This document shows positions 12,288 through 25,507 of a DNA stretch of 64,000 nt, piece after piece. This DNA is from Basidiobolus meristosporus CBS 931.73. Its lineage: Eukaryota; Fungi; Basidiobolomycota. The notes under the pieces were generated by a model. The model did no database searches. It worked only from the letters and a program-made list of their open reading frames with translations, and had not been told where the DNA came from. The stretch lies in contig MCFE01000382.1 of the NCBI GenBank assembly GCA_002104905.1, positions 1 to 64,000 of the forward strand. Direction: 5' to 3'. The translations under genes and the position numbers were made by a program. The stretch's first letter is position 1, and each line of letters begins with the position of its first letter.

Positions 12288-13304
12288 AGTGCACGACTTC
12301 ACTCATTTCACCTATCTGTCCAGTTTGCACCTTGATGGGAAGTGGGCCTGATGATTCAGGCTTCCATTCATCTCCTAGCACTTATCCTATACGTCGCTTT
12401 AAATGCCAACAGTGTAACTGAAGGTATTCGAGGAATGATCAAGCAATGTTTGACAGGATATCTAGCAGTGATCACATAATGACGGTAGTGCCGCTAGTCA
12501 TGCAAGTGATGTACTGGAAAGATGTGAGGTGATTGTGCCCATTGTTGCAAAACAAAGAATGGAAGCGACTATGGGTAGTTTAGATTTATGATCTATTAAT
12601 GAGAGTTAAAGTAAGCCATTCATACACCCGATACAATTTTGCATCATTGGTAGTAGCAGTTATTGTGTAAGGCTGTAGATATCCTTGGTACTTGCTAACG
12701 CGACTCGGAAGGTTTAACAAAAAATCTGCAGAAGTTAAGTCATGTTCGATATAATCACTATCCTGGTCTATTTTATACCACCTCTAAGACGTAAATGCAT
12801 TATTACTTATCTGCATTACTGTTAACTTTGGGTTGAGCTACGTTTCATAGGAATAAGTTGCTTGAGTAGGGGGTGAGGCTCGTGGATATTAATTAATTCG
12901 ATCATTAGCCGAAGTCACGAATTTTTGGTTTGCATTTAGGGTAAGCCTAAGATGCTTAACAAAAACGTGTATGTGTCATAGAATACAAAGTATTAGGTCA
13001 TGTATGCCAGTTATAGAACTCGCCATTGAAGCAGGAGCATAAAAACCAGTGTACCATAGATAAGATATACCACATATCTTGTTAGACATCATCAGGTTGA
13101 GTAGCAGTGGATATCCTGAAGCATGCAAATAATTTATACAAGTAGACGCTTTCCATTAGAATAAGTGGAGGTAACAATTTTTTTGCAGCAGTATCGTATT
13201 AGCCAACAGACGTGGCGAAATAGGAACGATAGGATTTATATTTCTGCGAATTTATTTTCAATACACAAACTATACAACTATATTCCAAATTGAAATCAGT
13301 GAGC

Positions 13305-14505
13305 CTAGTAGACTTTCTCCGGGAGGATTTCCTCCACTTTCCCTTCAGCATCCTTCTCAATCACTGCGACATCCTCATCACCGCGGATAATCACGATGTC
13401 TTTTTCAAGCTCGACGAACCCGCTAAACTTGTATACTATCACCGCGACAATCCATGTGACGGCGAAGAGGCCAACAATGCAAGGCCCAATGATGTCAAAG
13501 TTGTTGTTGATAGTATCAAAGAATCGCCAGAACCCTCCTTGTAGGTTCAGTTGATCCCCAACGATACCAAACAGCTCCACCAAGCCAATGAGGAGGGCAA
13601 TGACCACGGATATCAGGGTGATGGTGAAGTTGAAGTAGATCTTTCGGATGGGGGAAATGTAGGCCCAGGTGTATGTGCACAGCATCAATACTCCGTCTAT
13701 GGTGTCAATCAGGGCCATTCCCGCGGTGAACAAGAACGGGAAGAAGAGGATGTAGGCCATAGGCAGTCCTTTGTTGGCCTGGGTGGCGGAGAGTGCGAGC
13801 AGGGTCACTTCAGTAGCTGTGTCGAATCCCAGGCCAAAGAGGACTCCCAATGGATACATCTTCCAGCTGGCGTCGATGAAAGCAAACACCCGCTTCAGGA
13901 GGCGAGTGAGATAGCCACCGGAGTTCAGCATCTCCTCGACGTCCACCTCGCGATACACCTTCTTGGTGCGCAGCATCTTTAACTGCTTCCAAACACCGTA
14001 GAGCACGACAGCATTCATGATTCCGATCAGCACACAGAAGGTTCCCGACACGACTGTCCCAATGATCCCGCCAATGTTCTCGAAAGACGGGAACTTACTG
14101 GCAATTGCTGTGGCCGTGGCGGCAACCGCGATCGAGGCACACACGACAATGGTGGAATGGCCGATCGAGAAGAAGAATCCCACCAAGCATGGTCTCTTTC
14201 CGGACTGAATCAGCTTACGGGTCACATTGTCGATAGCTACAAGAGGGAACTGGGTCAGCGGGGCTCTTTCAGTGTGCTGAAGAGGTGCACGGAACATTAC
14301 CTGTGATGTGATCTGCATCCAATGCATGACGAAGCCCAAGACTGTAGGCCAGCACGGCCTCACCAACGAGGTTGTATTTGCTCAGTGCAATGCCAGCACC
14401 GACCCAGATACCAATGTTGAAGGCGGCCAAGAACAAGAAGGTCAGGATAAGCTTCTGCTTGAAAGTACGAGTCTCCTTCAGGTTGAATACTTCTGCTAAG
14501 CGCAT
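13305..14505 (-). CDS. nic1: High-affinity nickel transporter, NiCoT family, copy 2 (exons 14505-14301 and 14236-13305; 378 aa)
   Basis: Near-identical to copy 1 at offset 7520 with the same intron; differs mainly in the last ~10 residues (VEEILPEKVY vs AEEIAEVKSF). Confidence 0.93.
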
Positions 14506-14809
14506 GATGAGTGCAGATTGCGATACTGTATTGGATGAATATGTGAGGCCTCGGCAGACTCTCTTTTATACACCCATTCACCCTTCCAGCTTCCCTTGTC
14601 CAGGTGAGAGCAGGTAGAATTAGGAAGTGTCTATCCGAAGACACCTCTTCCGATTAGAGCGGTTATTTGGGGAGGTGTTTGCTGGTGTGTATATTCCCGG
14701 AAAATTGAAGCCAGATAACGCCAAATTAGTGGCGATGCATCGAAAGTAGCAAATTAAGCAGATGCGAATCAAATCCAACGCTTCCCCCTGTGACTGATAA
14801 GGCTAATCA

Positions 14810-17800
14810 GGACTCACCTATCCAAATACCGTGGCCATATCCAACAATGGCATCGTCAAATCCAGGGTGAAATGGTCGACTCTGGGCCAAATATGGAGTG
14901 CTCAGTAATAATTCTCTTGAAGGGAAAGTGGATTACAATAATCAGTGCACTTGTTATTGGTGAATCCAAACAAGGCTAAGCTTGCCCTTCTTAAGAAATG
15001 GATTATCAGTCCAAAAAAATCATCCCAAAAAGCCGTTTCTTTCACCCATAGCACCAAACATACTACGGTGGAAAATTTCTTGGCTAGTGGACTACCAGAT
15101 TGATGATTGTTCGTTTGCGTTAGAACTACCACCGATCTGTGAATTTCGGGTCTATTAGTTTCCTTGCAATCCATGCGTGGATTCTACCATGAAGCTAATC
15201 CGCGATAGAAGTTCTTCGAAATCTATTCATCTTTTAACATGTTAAATAGGGGAGCTGGCGAAATTTTAGAAAGACGTTCAGATATGCGCAAGGATCGTAT
15301 TCGAATTGTCGAAGGATAGTGACTTGATTGACCATGAAGATGTGTCTGTTTCGCTAAACTGGTTGTGTTAGATTGGAGACTGCGACCCCCTCCTCGTTCT
15401 CTATTACGTTTATGGAAGACTCGAAATTTGTCTAGTGTGCATGCAGAGTATGTGGGATTCAAACAGCGCACAGAGCGGGGAGCGTGGAAGCTAATTGGAT
15501 TTCAGATTTCTTATGTACGGCTAATGATGCTGAGAAAGTTCAGTTTGTTACAAAAATAGTGGCTTGAAGATCTAGATGTCACAGTATATACCAGAAGATG
15601 TGACGATGCCCCGATGAGATACTTCGCCCAGAGCACATTTTCAATGCTAGGATGCTCGTTGATCTACCAAATACCCTTGCAAGGCTAGTATTGATGGCAG
15701 ATATACGTTTGGGTGGCTTGTGTGGAACGAGGCATGAACCTCCAAGTTAGCAGAAGTTATGCAAGTGGCAACTTCTTGCCATCCCCAGAACTGGCTTGAA
15801 GGAGCCAGGCATAAAAGGGAACGATGGTATACAAAGACCGATAGCTAACAGTCATTGCAGCGGATAAACTAATCTCTCACTAGACAGACAGTCATTGGTA
15901 GTACAATGGAGTGTTTGGTTGTATTTCCTAACAGAGACCCACTGCCCCGCCGATATTGGCTCAACGATCTTATCCAACCATCGAGGGAGCATGGATGTTT
16001 GCTTCCACCAGCTTTTAACCGCTCCATGGTACTCTGGAATATTGATGGTTGGATTCCAAGAGGCAGATATCCGTCAACCACTTGCCTGATTAAGCAGAAT
16101 TGATAGCATCATCAACTAAAGTAATATTCGCCTTCCAAATCAGCAAAAGGATCATGGCCAGTTCCAGCAATGGTTGCCACCCAAATATGGAGAACGTTGG
16201 ATATGGAATCCACCATTGTTCTAGAGATAGACCCGAGGCCACTACGCTGAAATTGTCTGGCTGTGTCCACGCTTGGGGAAGGATCATCCGCAGGGGGTAT
16301 GTAGTTTTCCTGGTCGGCCTTGGTTGCTGCTCAACCTCGTCACAAGTTGTTGATCAGTGGAGGTATCCGATAGCGTTAGAAGAGATTTTGAATTGGTGTG
16401 CAGGTGGGTGAGTGCCTTGGATGCTGTACTTCTGAGTACGGCTAGTAGCTACATCAATGGGAGGTGTCATGGTAGGGCAACAAGACTACGTGATTTGTCG
16501 AAGATACTGCAGCATCTGTACCGATGGAATATTCTAATCCCTATTTGAATCTCCTCAAAGGAATATGCTCACCGCTGATGAACTCTGAAGTGGCCCACCA
16601 GCATTTTGTCTATTTGAAACGCCTACTCGCCAATAGACCTTATCCGTAACACCCAACTACATGCATGAGTATATTGACAGTCATGCGAACCTCCTCAGGG
16701 TTATGGAACACAAAGGCGTTGCTATTGTTAGCCAACGATGCCGATGCAGCGAAAAGAGGTCAGTGAGCCTGCAGGGACTTGCGGATAAGCAAGTTAAGCA
16801 TATATGGCATGCCTTTTTCAAGGCTGTACTCCGGCAAGTACCCGAGCTCATATGGTGTCCAGCAACCACTAAATTTCTGAGATAGATCCAAGTATTTCGT
16901 GGCGGTTGGCAGGGTGAAATTACGTATTTGGCTCACCATTGTCAATCGGAAGACCCAGGACCGAGCTAGATTGACACTCAATTCGGTGGCCATTTTGGGG
17001 AGGTAAGCAGATATGTATTCGGCGGTCGATTTTATCCGAGAACATCACCATTCAGTGAGAGGCATGTCTCTGGATGACTTCAATTCTCATGGTAGCGGTC
17101 TAGATTCGATGCGAAATCTTCCGACCACTATTGCGCACCATCTCCAACTTGCAGTAGCTGGGATTCCTAGCTTCTGATTGGAAGAATCGTCCCAGTGAGT
17201 CCAGCGGGGGCATGCCAGCATCTGACCAGAAGTAGACGCCTCCAGCAGTCAAGCATTAACCAAAGGATGGGCTAAGATGATTTCACCCGCTGATTTAGAA
17301 AGTGGAAGCCTGCCGCAAAAGAGCAGAGCATCTGAACCATCCGAGACCGAAAAGGCTTCTCGAAGTGATTTGTGTGGCGTGCAGGTAAGTTGGCAAGAAC
17401 CTATGTGATTAGCCAATCGAGGGGGACTTCACGCTACGCTGCAAAACTTTTAACAGATGCCCAGTCTTTATGCCACATAAGGTTAGTTAAGATAGCCAAT
17501 TCATGGCGAACCCGATAGAGGCTCAATACCATCATTCAGTACTGGCTGTGGACAAGTGTCTTAACCTGCCAGCCTGTGGGCCAAACAAATGATGCCCTGG
17601 TTGGGGGACTCTTTGTAACCGACGACAGCAAGGTGGCTGCGTCCTATTTTCTATCCAGAAGTTTCCCAATGCTCAAGCCCATGTGAGAAGGACAGATGTA
17701 GTAATGGTCCTAGAAACGGCGTCTACCACATCTGTGCTGCGAAATCTTTGAGAAGCTCAACAGGCAGCGGAGGCTTTTGACGTATTTGGGCCCAATAATC

Positions 17801-18560
17801 AATCCTATAAGGTTAATCGCACTTACTGATTTGTTTGGTTGGATTGAGGCCCAGGATCCGATTTAGTCGATATAGAGTGCCTATAGATTATATTGGCCAT
17901 TATGTAGTGTGTTAATAGAAGCTACCATGGGTGGCATAAATTCCCTCCCAGTTGTTACCGTGAACGTTCGCTCTCCGTGCAAGCAAGAAATAACTGCAAT
18001 GGCTGGAATGTACCTGATGTTGTTGATCATGTCGTGGATCCCTAGAGGTAGATCAATATCACTCTGGTATGTGTGCTGTGAAACGCCAGCTCCCTTGTTA
18101 CATATGCCCGAGAAGACCACTGCTGGCGATTACATTCAATGCTTGGAGTGCTTTCGGAGCAACATCCCTTTAATGGCGGATTTAGTTGCTTTTTATCGGC
18201 CGCCTTGCCCTAGTTATGGTTCCAAGCAAAGCTAATATCTACGGTGATTGTTAGAAGTCTGATTGATGTTATATGGGCTTGATGTGCGCCTGAACCTTGC
18301 AATAATGTTTGAAGGCCAAGAACATTGCAAGCGTTTGGGGAGGATTGGAAGTAATTCTAGAACATCTACGTGATACTTAGTGACCATATTTAGCTTAGCC
18401 CCTTGCTACTAATACACTTAGATGTAAAATTCTCTGAATTGTGAAGTGGATTTTGCTCGACTGGGAATTGCTTTAGAAAGATATTCATCAATTCTTGGAA
18501 ATAGTGAGGTAACTCCGTCCAAAAGGCCCCAAACTTCCGCAAAGCTCATCCAAAACATAC
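14810..18560 (-). pseudogene. Endogenous viral element, L gene remnant copy 2 (5'-truncated by transposon insertions)
   Basis: Colinear nucleotide homology to copy 1 (e.g. 8090/15560, 8715/16090, 10155/17435, 10400/17800); shared peptides ILTNLMWHK, PDNF..QW.(V/I)PYP; W..GLTGTILP (17202-17179) resembles the L SW..IGTTVP motif. Confidence 0.6.
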
Positions 18561-18740
18561 CCACTTGATTTCCACTTGATAATGCCAGCTATCTTGCTAA
18601 TGGCTGGGGTATCTCCAATACGGATAATTATATGTGCATTGATGTGATGGTTACCTATGTCAAAAAAAGGTGTATCCTGTTGTGGATCTTCCGTCTTCTT
18701 GGTTTTATCCCCAATCAGCATTAGAGTATCCCACAAGCTC
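18560..18740 (-). mobile_element. CACTA/EnSpm-like transposase fragment
   Basis: HIIIRIGDTPAISKIAG, the same motif as at 41.4 kb and 51.1 kb. Confidence 0.7.
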
Positions 18741-20534
18741 CTGTTCTGAATCCTTATAGGTGTGCCTTAGGCAGATGCCAGTAGTTCCTTCTAAGAATCT
18801 AAAAATCAGCTTAACTGCTGCAACATGATCAGATCTGTGGGTCTGATTATGCTGGTGGACAGCACCCACTGGATATTGGATATCTGGACATTTTCCTAGC
18901 ATGATATACATCAGACTGCTGACCAGGGAGTGGTAAGGGAAGCCTAGGCTTTCAGATGGCATTAGGTTCTCTTGATTTAGCTGAGTTTTGACAAAATCAA
19001 AGCTTGTCTTTATTGGGGTAGCTGCCAGTTTACTATCTTACATATGGCACATCCTGGGTATATCTTTAATACACTTAGACTGGGTTAGGGTGATAATCCA
19101 GGTACTTCAGTGTATGTAGGAGTTTATCTCCAGATGGTAACTAAGCTCTCTTATATCTAGAATGCAAATAATCATAATTGATGTGTCCATATCTCCTGTG
19201 CCAAAGCATTGGTGTTTCTTCATTTAAGTTACTTATATTGGCTTCCAAATATGATGCTATATAAGTCAACTTGTATAGATTCTGATCTCTGATACCCAAA
19301 GCAATATGGGCACCATTTTGATCAGTAATCTTGCATCCAGAATTGTCAAAACTGAAACTGAGTCCTTCTGCAGTGGCCTTGCTTACAGATAGTAGGTTCT
19401 TGGCTATTTCTGGTACATAGAGTACTTCTTTAAAGGTCAGTGTATGGCTTCCTTCACTGCTTCTAAGGTTTACTTGGATAGTTCCTTCTCCCACTGCATG
19501 AAGTGCTCTATTATCACCCTTGAAAACCTTCTTAATTAGAATTTCTTGCTATTAGGTATAAAGTTCTTTTGGGTATGTTAAGTGTTGAGATGCTCCAGAG
19601 TCAATATACCATGTCTGAGAATCCTTGTCTGTGGTCATATTTTGTGCAGATATGAATAATCTATTTTCAGTTGTTGCGGCATTTCTATATTCAGGCTTTT
19701 TCTGCTGACTATGTTTCTGTTTGAAGCACCAGTCTGATGTGTATCCTTTCCTTTTGCAGTAGTTACAAACCAGGTTGCTGCTGCCTTTGTAGGGTCTTGG
19801 GTACCTTCTTTGTTGGCCATCATTGCTTATTAAAGCATTCTCTTCTTCCTTCTTATTGGCACTTGATTTTCTTAATTCTTCATCCAGGAGCCTTCCATAT
19901 ACGTAATTTAAGGTCAAATCTTCAGTTCTGGACTCTAGGGCTGATACAAGGCCCTGAAGCTTTTCTGTCAGGCTATTCAGGATGGTAACTATTGCATCTT
20001 CATCAGTAGTTGGTATGCCCACAGATTCCATCTCATCTACCAGCAGGGTAATTCTGTTAATTTGGTTAATCATTTCTTCTCCTGGCAGCATCTTTGTAGC
20101 AAAGAACTTTTGTCTCAGATAAATTTTCTTAGCAGCTGAACATGACTGGTAGGTGTCTTCTAATGCATTCCAGGCATTCTTTGCCATTTTTACTCTTGAG
20201 CATTGAATTAGCAATATGTCCTTGACATTAAGGCAAATGCAGTTAAAGGCATGTTGTTCTTTCTTCTGGTACTTTAAGGCTTCCTCTCCCACATTTTTAG
20301 GAGGGGATTCTTCTCCCATGACAATATCCCAAAGGCCTCTTTCTTGTAGCTGTATCTTCATCTTCACCTTCCACACTTGGTAGTTAGATCCATCCAACTT
20401 TTCAGCAGGGGGAAATATTCCAGTAATTGCAGTAGTAGACACTGCAGAGAGTGACAGCTTGAGGCTCATAACCTGTTTTAAGAGTTTTGGAGATATTGGA
20501 AGTGATTGGGAGAACAGGTAGATTATGTGGTTTT
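18740..20534 (-). mobile_element. Ty1/Copia element A (internally deleted); its 5' LTR (20474-20534 + 25220-25507) is split by element B
   Basis: Gag with CCHC-like knuckle, protease WYIDSGASQH, GAG-pre-integrase LWHRRYGH, RT fragment; PBS GGTTATGAGCCTCA on the minus strand at 20473-20460. Confidence 0.9.
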
Positions 20535-23500
20535 TGTTGTAAAAATTTGTATTTCCACCTAAATATTCACCTAACTTAGTCACTTAGATCATCACCTTCA
20601 AATCCTAGAGAATACTGACCAAATTCCTTGTTGGGATTTACTTAGAATATTTTCACCAAAATACCAGGTACCCAGAACATGAGAATTGTCAAAGTTGTCC
20701 AAACAGCCCCAAACCTTACACACATGATCTTGGGACCTTTCTTAACCTATTTTACATGTTTGTAATGCCAAGACCAGGTAAAAGTATAAATACTACTTTT
20801 ACTTTCAATAAATCATTAAGTGAGAACCACATAATCTACTTGCCCTCCCAATCACTTTCAATATCTCCAAGACTCTTACAACAGGTTATGAGCCCCAAGC
20901 TGTCACTCTCTGCAATGTCTACAACTGCTATTACTGGAATTTTCCCTCTGCTGAAAAGTTGGATGGATCTAACTACCAGGTGTGGAAGGTGAAGATGAAA
21001 ATGCTGCTACAAGAAAGAGGCCTTTGGGATATTGTCATGGGAGAAGAATCCCCTCCTAAAAATGTGGGAGAGGAAGCCTTAAAGAACCAGAAGAAAGAAC
21101 AAAGTGCCTTTAACTGCATTTGCCTTAATGTCAAGGACAAATTGCTAATTCAATGCTCAAGAGCAAAAACGGCAAAGAATGCCTGGAAAGCTTTAGAAGA
21201 CACCTACCAGTCATGTTCAGCTGCTAAGAAAATGTATCTGAGACAAAAGTTCTTTACTGCAAAGATGCTACCAGGAGAAGAAATGAAGAATCTAATTAAC
21301 AGAATTACCCTGCTGGTAGATGAGATGGAATCTGTGGGCATACCAACTACTGATGAGGATGTGATAGATACCATCCTGAATAGCCTGACAAACAAGTTTC
21401 AAGGCCTTGTATCAGCCCTAGAGTCCAGAACTGAAGATTTGACCTTAAATTACGTATATGGAAGGCTCTTGGATGAAGAATTAAGAAAATCAAGCGCAAA
21501 TAAGAAGGAAGAAGAAAATGCTTTAATAAGCAATGATAACCAACAAAGGAAGTACCCAGGACCCTACAAAGGCAACAGCAACCTGTTTTGTAACTACTGC
21601 AAAAGGAAAGGACACACCAGACCGGTGTCTCAAAAAGAAAGATAATCAGCAAAAGAAGCCTGAATATGGAAATGCTGCAACCACTGAAGATAGACTATTC
21701 ATATCTGCACTAAATATGACCACAAACAAGAATTCTCAGATGTGGTATATTGACTCTGGAGCTTCTCAATACTTTACCCACAAAAAGAACTTTTTACCCA
21801 ATATCAAGAAATTCCAATTAAGAAGGTTTTCATCAGTGACAATAAAACACTTGATGCAGTGGGAGAAGGAACTATCCAAGTAAACCTAAGAAGCAGTGAA
21901 GGAAGCCATACACTGACCTTTAAAGAAGTACTCTATGTACCAGAAATAGCCAAGAACCTACTATCTGTAAGCAAGGCCACAGCAGAAGGACTCAGTTTCA
22001 GTTTTGACAATTCTGGATGCAGGATCACTGATCAAAATGGTGCCCATATTGCTTTGGGCATCAGAGATCAGAATCTATACAAGATGACTTATATTCCATC
22101 ATATCTGGAAGCCAATATAAGTAACTTAAATGAAGAAACACCAATGCTTTGGCACAGGAGATTTGGACACATCAATTTTGATTATTTGCGCAAAATGATC
22201 AAAGATCAGCTAATTTCTGGAGTGAAAATTGATCCCCCAGCTAATTTGGAGCACTGTGAAGCCAGCATATATGGGAAACAAGCCTGAGAACCGTTCAAGA
22301 GCTCTGGGTTAATCAAAACTAAGAAAAAATTAGATCTAATTCACTCAGATCTGTGTGGACCTATGCAAAATTTATCCTCAGGCGGGATGAAGTATTTAAT
22401 CACCTTTATTGATGATTATAGAAGATACACATGGGTCTACTTCATGGAAAAAAAGGAAGAAGCTCTGTCTAAGTTCAGGGAGTTTAAAGCCATGGTGGAG
22501 AGAAAAACTGGCGAAAAAATCAAGAAAATACGCTCTGACAATGGTGGAGAATATACCTCAAAACTCTTCATCCACTTATGCAAAATTCATGGGATAAAGC
22601 AAGAGACTACTGTACCATACTCCCCACAGCAAAATGGAGTAGCAGAGCAAGCTAACAGATCAATAATTGATATGGCAAGATCTATGATCCATGATCAAAA
22701 ATTATCCTACGTTTTTTGGGCGGAATCAGTTGCCACTGCTGTATACCTTAAAAATAGGAGTTATAACAGAATACTTCGTGATTCTACTCCATTTGAAGCT
22801 TGGCATGGATACAGACCAAGTGCAGAACATCTAAGAATATTTGGGTGTACAGCATATGCCAAAAAACTGGCCGGAAATCAGTCAAAATTTGAGCCAAAAA
22901 GTGAAAAATGCATATTTTTGGGCTACTGCAATGAGAGTAAGGCATACAGACTCTACAATACAAAAGCAAAGAAGCTGATCAAGTCCAGGGATGTGTTGTT
23001 TGATGAAAATTCAAAATTTTCACATGAAATGACATCAGATGATGACAAAAATCTGATCTCAAGTCCACCAATTGTCAGGATTGAATCAGAGCAAAACTAT
23101 GAAAATTTTTTCACTCCAGAGGACTCTACAACTGTGGTTCAGCCAGAATCAGTGCCTAGGAATATCCCAGAGGTGATCATTCCAGTATCAGATGCCCGGA
23201 GATCCAATCAGACAAGAAATAGCCCAAATTACTATATTAATGAGGGTACAAACTTAGCCTATGCCTATTCAGTCCATGTTGATGAACCCCAGACTGTAAA
23301 AGAGGCCCTAAATAGCCCTCAGACAAAGTTTTGGAGATCTGCAATGAATGAGGAATATCAGGCCCTGATGGAAAATCAAACTTGGGACTTAGTCAAATTA
23401 CCAATCAACCAAAAATCAATTGGATGCAGATGGGTCTTCAAGACAAAATACAAGGCTGATGGTACAATTAAAAGATACAAAGCAAGACTTGTAGCCAAAG

Positions 23501-25214
23501 GAAACTCTCAAACAAAAGGACTTGACTATACTGAGACCTTTGCACCGGTAGCCAAGCTTAATTCCATCAGATTAATACTGGCTATTGCAGCCAAATATAA
23601 GTTTTTTATTCATCAAATGGATGTAAAAACTGCATTTTTGAATGGATAACTTGATGAGGACATGTATATGGACCAGCCTGATGGGTTTGTTGACCAAGAT
23701 AACCCCCATTTGGTCTGAAAGCTTAAAAAGTCACTATATGGTCTCAAATAATCACCAAGAGCCTGGAATTGCAAGATAGATTCTTATTTAGAATCTTTGA
23801 GTTTCAAAAGGAGTAATGCTGACTACAGTATATATTATAAGCCAGATAGAGCAAATCCAGTTCTATTAGCTCTATATGTGGATGATCTTATTATAGCCGC
23901 CAATAACCTAGCAAAATTGGAAGAGACTAAATCCAGCCTATCTAAGGAGTTCAAGATGTCTGATCTAGGAGAACTCAGTTACTACTTAGGGACAAAGTTC
24001 TCCATAGACAGAAGTACCCAGACTATCACTCTAAGCCAATCCAAGTATATTCAAGATATACTAAAGAAGTACCAAATGGAAGACTGTAAACTGGCAGCTA
24101 CCCCAATGGAGACAAACCTTAACTTGGTCAAAACTCAACCAAATCAAGAGAGCTTGGTGCAATCTGAAAGCCCTGACTTTCCTTATCAATCTATGGTTGG
24201 CAGTCTGATGTAGATCATGCTTGGAACACGTCCAGATATCTCATATTCAGTGGGAGCTGTCAGCCAACATAATCAGAACTATGGATCTGATCATATTGCA
24301 GCAGTTAAGCGGATTTTTAGATACCTAAAAGGAACTGCTGATATCTGCTTAAGATACACTTATAAGGACTCAGAACAGGATTTTGTGGGATACTCTGATG
24401 CTGATTGGGGACAAAATTTGGAATACAGAAGATCCACCACAGGAGACACCGTTCTTTACTGTAAAGGAGCAATTTCATAGAATCAAGAAAGCAACCAACT
24501 GTAGCACTTTCTACTACAGAGGCAGAGTATATGGCAGCCTGTGAAGCTACAAAAGAAGCATTATGGTTAAGAAAACTCTTTACAGGTTTAGGCCTATGTC
24601 AAAAAACTCCTATTACTTTATTTCAAGATAATCAAGGATGTATACAATTAGGTAGAAATCCAACTTTTCATGCTAGAACCAAGCACATAGATTTTGGACA
24701 TCATTTCATATGTGAAGCTATAGAGAATAACTTAGTTAGCTTAGTTTACTGTCCTACAGATGAAATGATTGCAGACATATTTACCAAACCATTAGCTAGG
24801 GACAAGTTTGAATATCTTAGGTCAAAATTAGGACTAGTCAGGATGAACATTTAGCTGAGTGGGAGTGTTGTAAAAATTTGTATTTCCACCTAAATATTCA
24901 CCTAACTTAGTCACTTAGATCATCACCTTCAAATCCTAGAGAATACTGACCAAATTCCTTGTTAGGATTTACTTAGAATATTTTCACCAAAATACCAGGT
25001 ACCCAGAATATGAAAATTCTCAAAGTTGACCAAACAGCCCCACACCTTACACACATGTTCTTGGGACCTTCCTTAACCTATTCTACATGTTTGTAATGCC
25101 AAGACCAGGTAAAAGTATAAATACTACTTTTACATCCAATAAATCATTAAGTGAAAACCACATCATCTACTTGCCCTCCCAATCACTTCCAATATCTCCA
25201 AGACTCTTACAACA
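20535..25214 (+). mobile_element. Full-length Ty1/Copia element B with 349-bp LTRs (20535-20883, 24866-25214), TSD GTTTT, defective ORF
   Basis: TG..CA LTRs, PBS GGTTATGAGCCCCA at 20884, PPT TGAGTGGGAG at 24856-24865, GTTTT at 20530-34 and 25215-19; gag-PR-INT(IRSDNGGEY)-RT(LYVDD)-RNase H order; several stops/frameshifts. Confidence 0.96.
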
Positions 25215-25507
25215 GTTTTTACTCAATGAATTATTGAATGTAAAAGTAGTATTTATACTCTTGCCTGGTCTTGGCATTACAAACATGTAGAAAAGGTTAA
25301 GGAAGGTTGTAAGACCATGTGCACAAAGCTTGGGGCTGTTTGGACAACTTTAAAAATTTTCATGTTCAGGGCACCTGGTATTTTGGTGAAAATATTCTAA
25401 GTAGATCCCAAGAAGGAATTTGGTCATTATTCTCTAGGGTTTGAGGGTATTGATCTAAGTGACTAAAAAAGGTGAATATTTAGGTGAAATTACAAGTCTT
25501 TACAAAA

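Larger units (their letters stand above)
5728..18560. repeat. Ancient tandem duplication of [NiCoT + viral L remnant], unit ~7.5 kb (5728-~11150 vs 13248-~18560)
   Basis: Homology starts in the NiCoT 3'UTR (GAATTTATTTTC..ACAAACTATACAA at ~5728 and ~13248), is near-perfect over ~5818-7490/13338-15010, then patchy with indels. Confidence 0.85.

Noticed and set aside
7500-18500. Alternative readings of the decayed frames as an intron-rich F-box/LRR gene or an alternative-genetic-code gene
   Set aside because: No consistent splice pattern; all three stop types and copy-specific frameshifts occur; ordered L-like motifs fit better.
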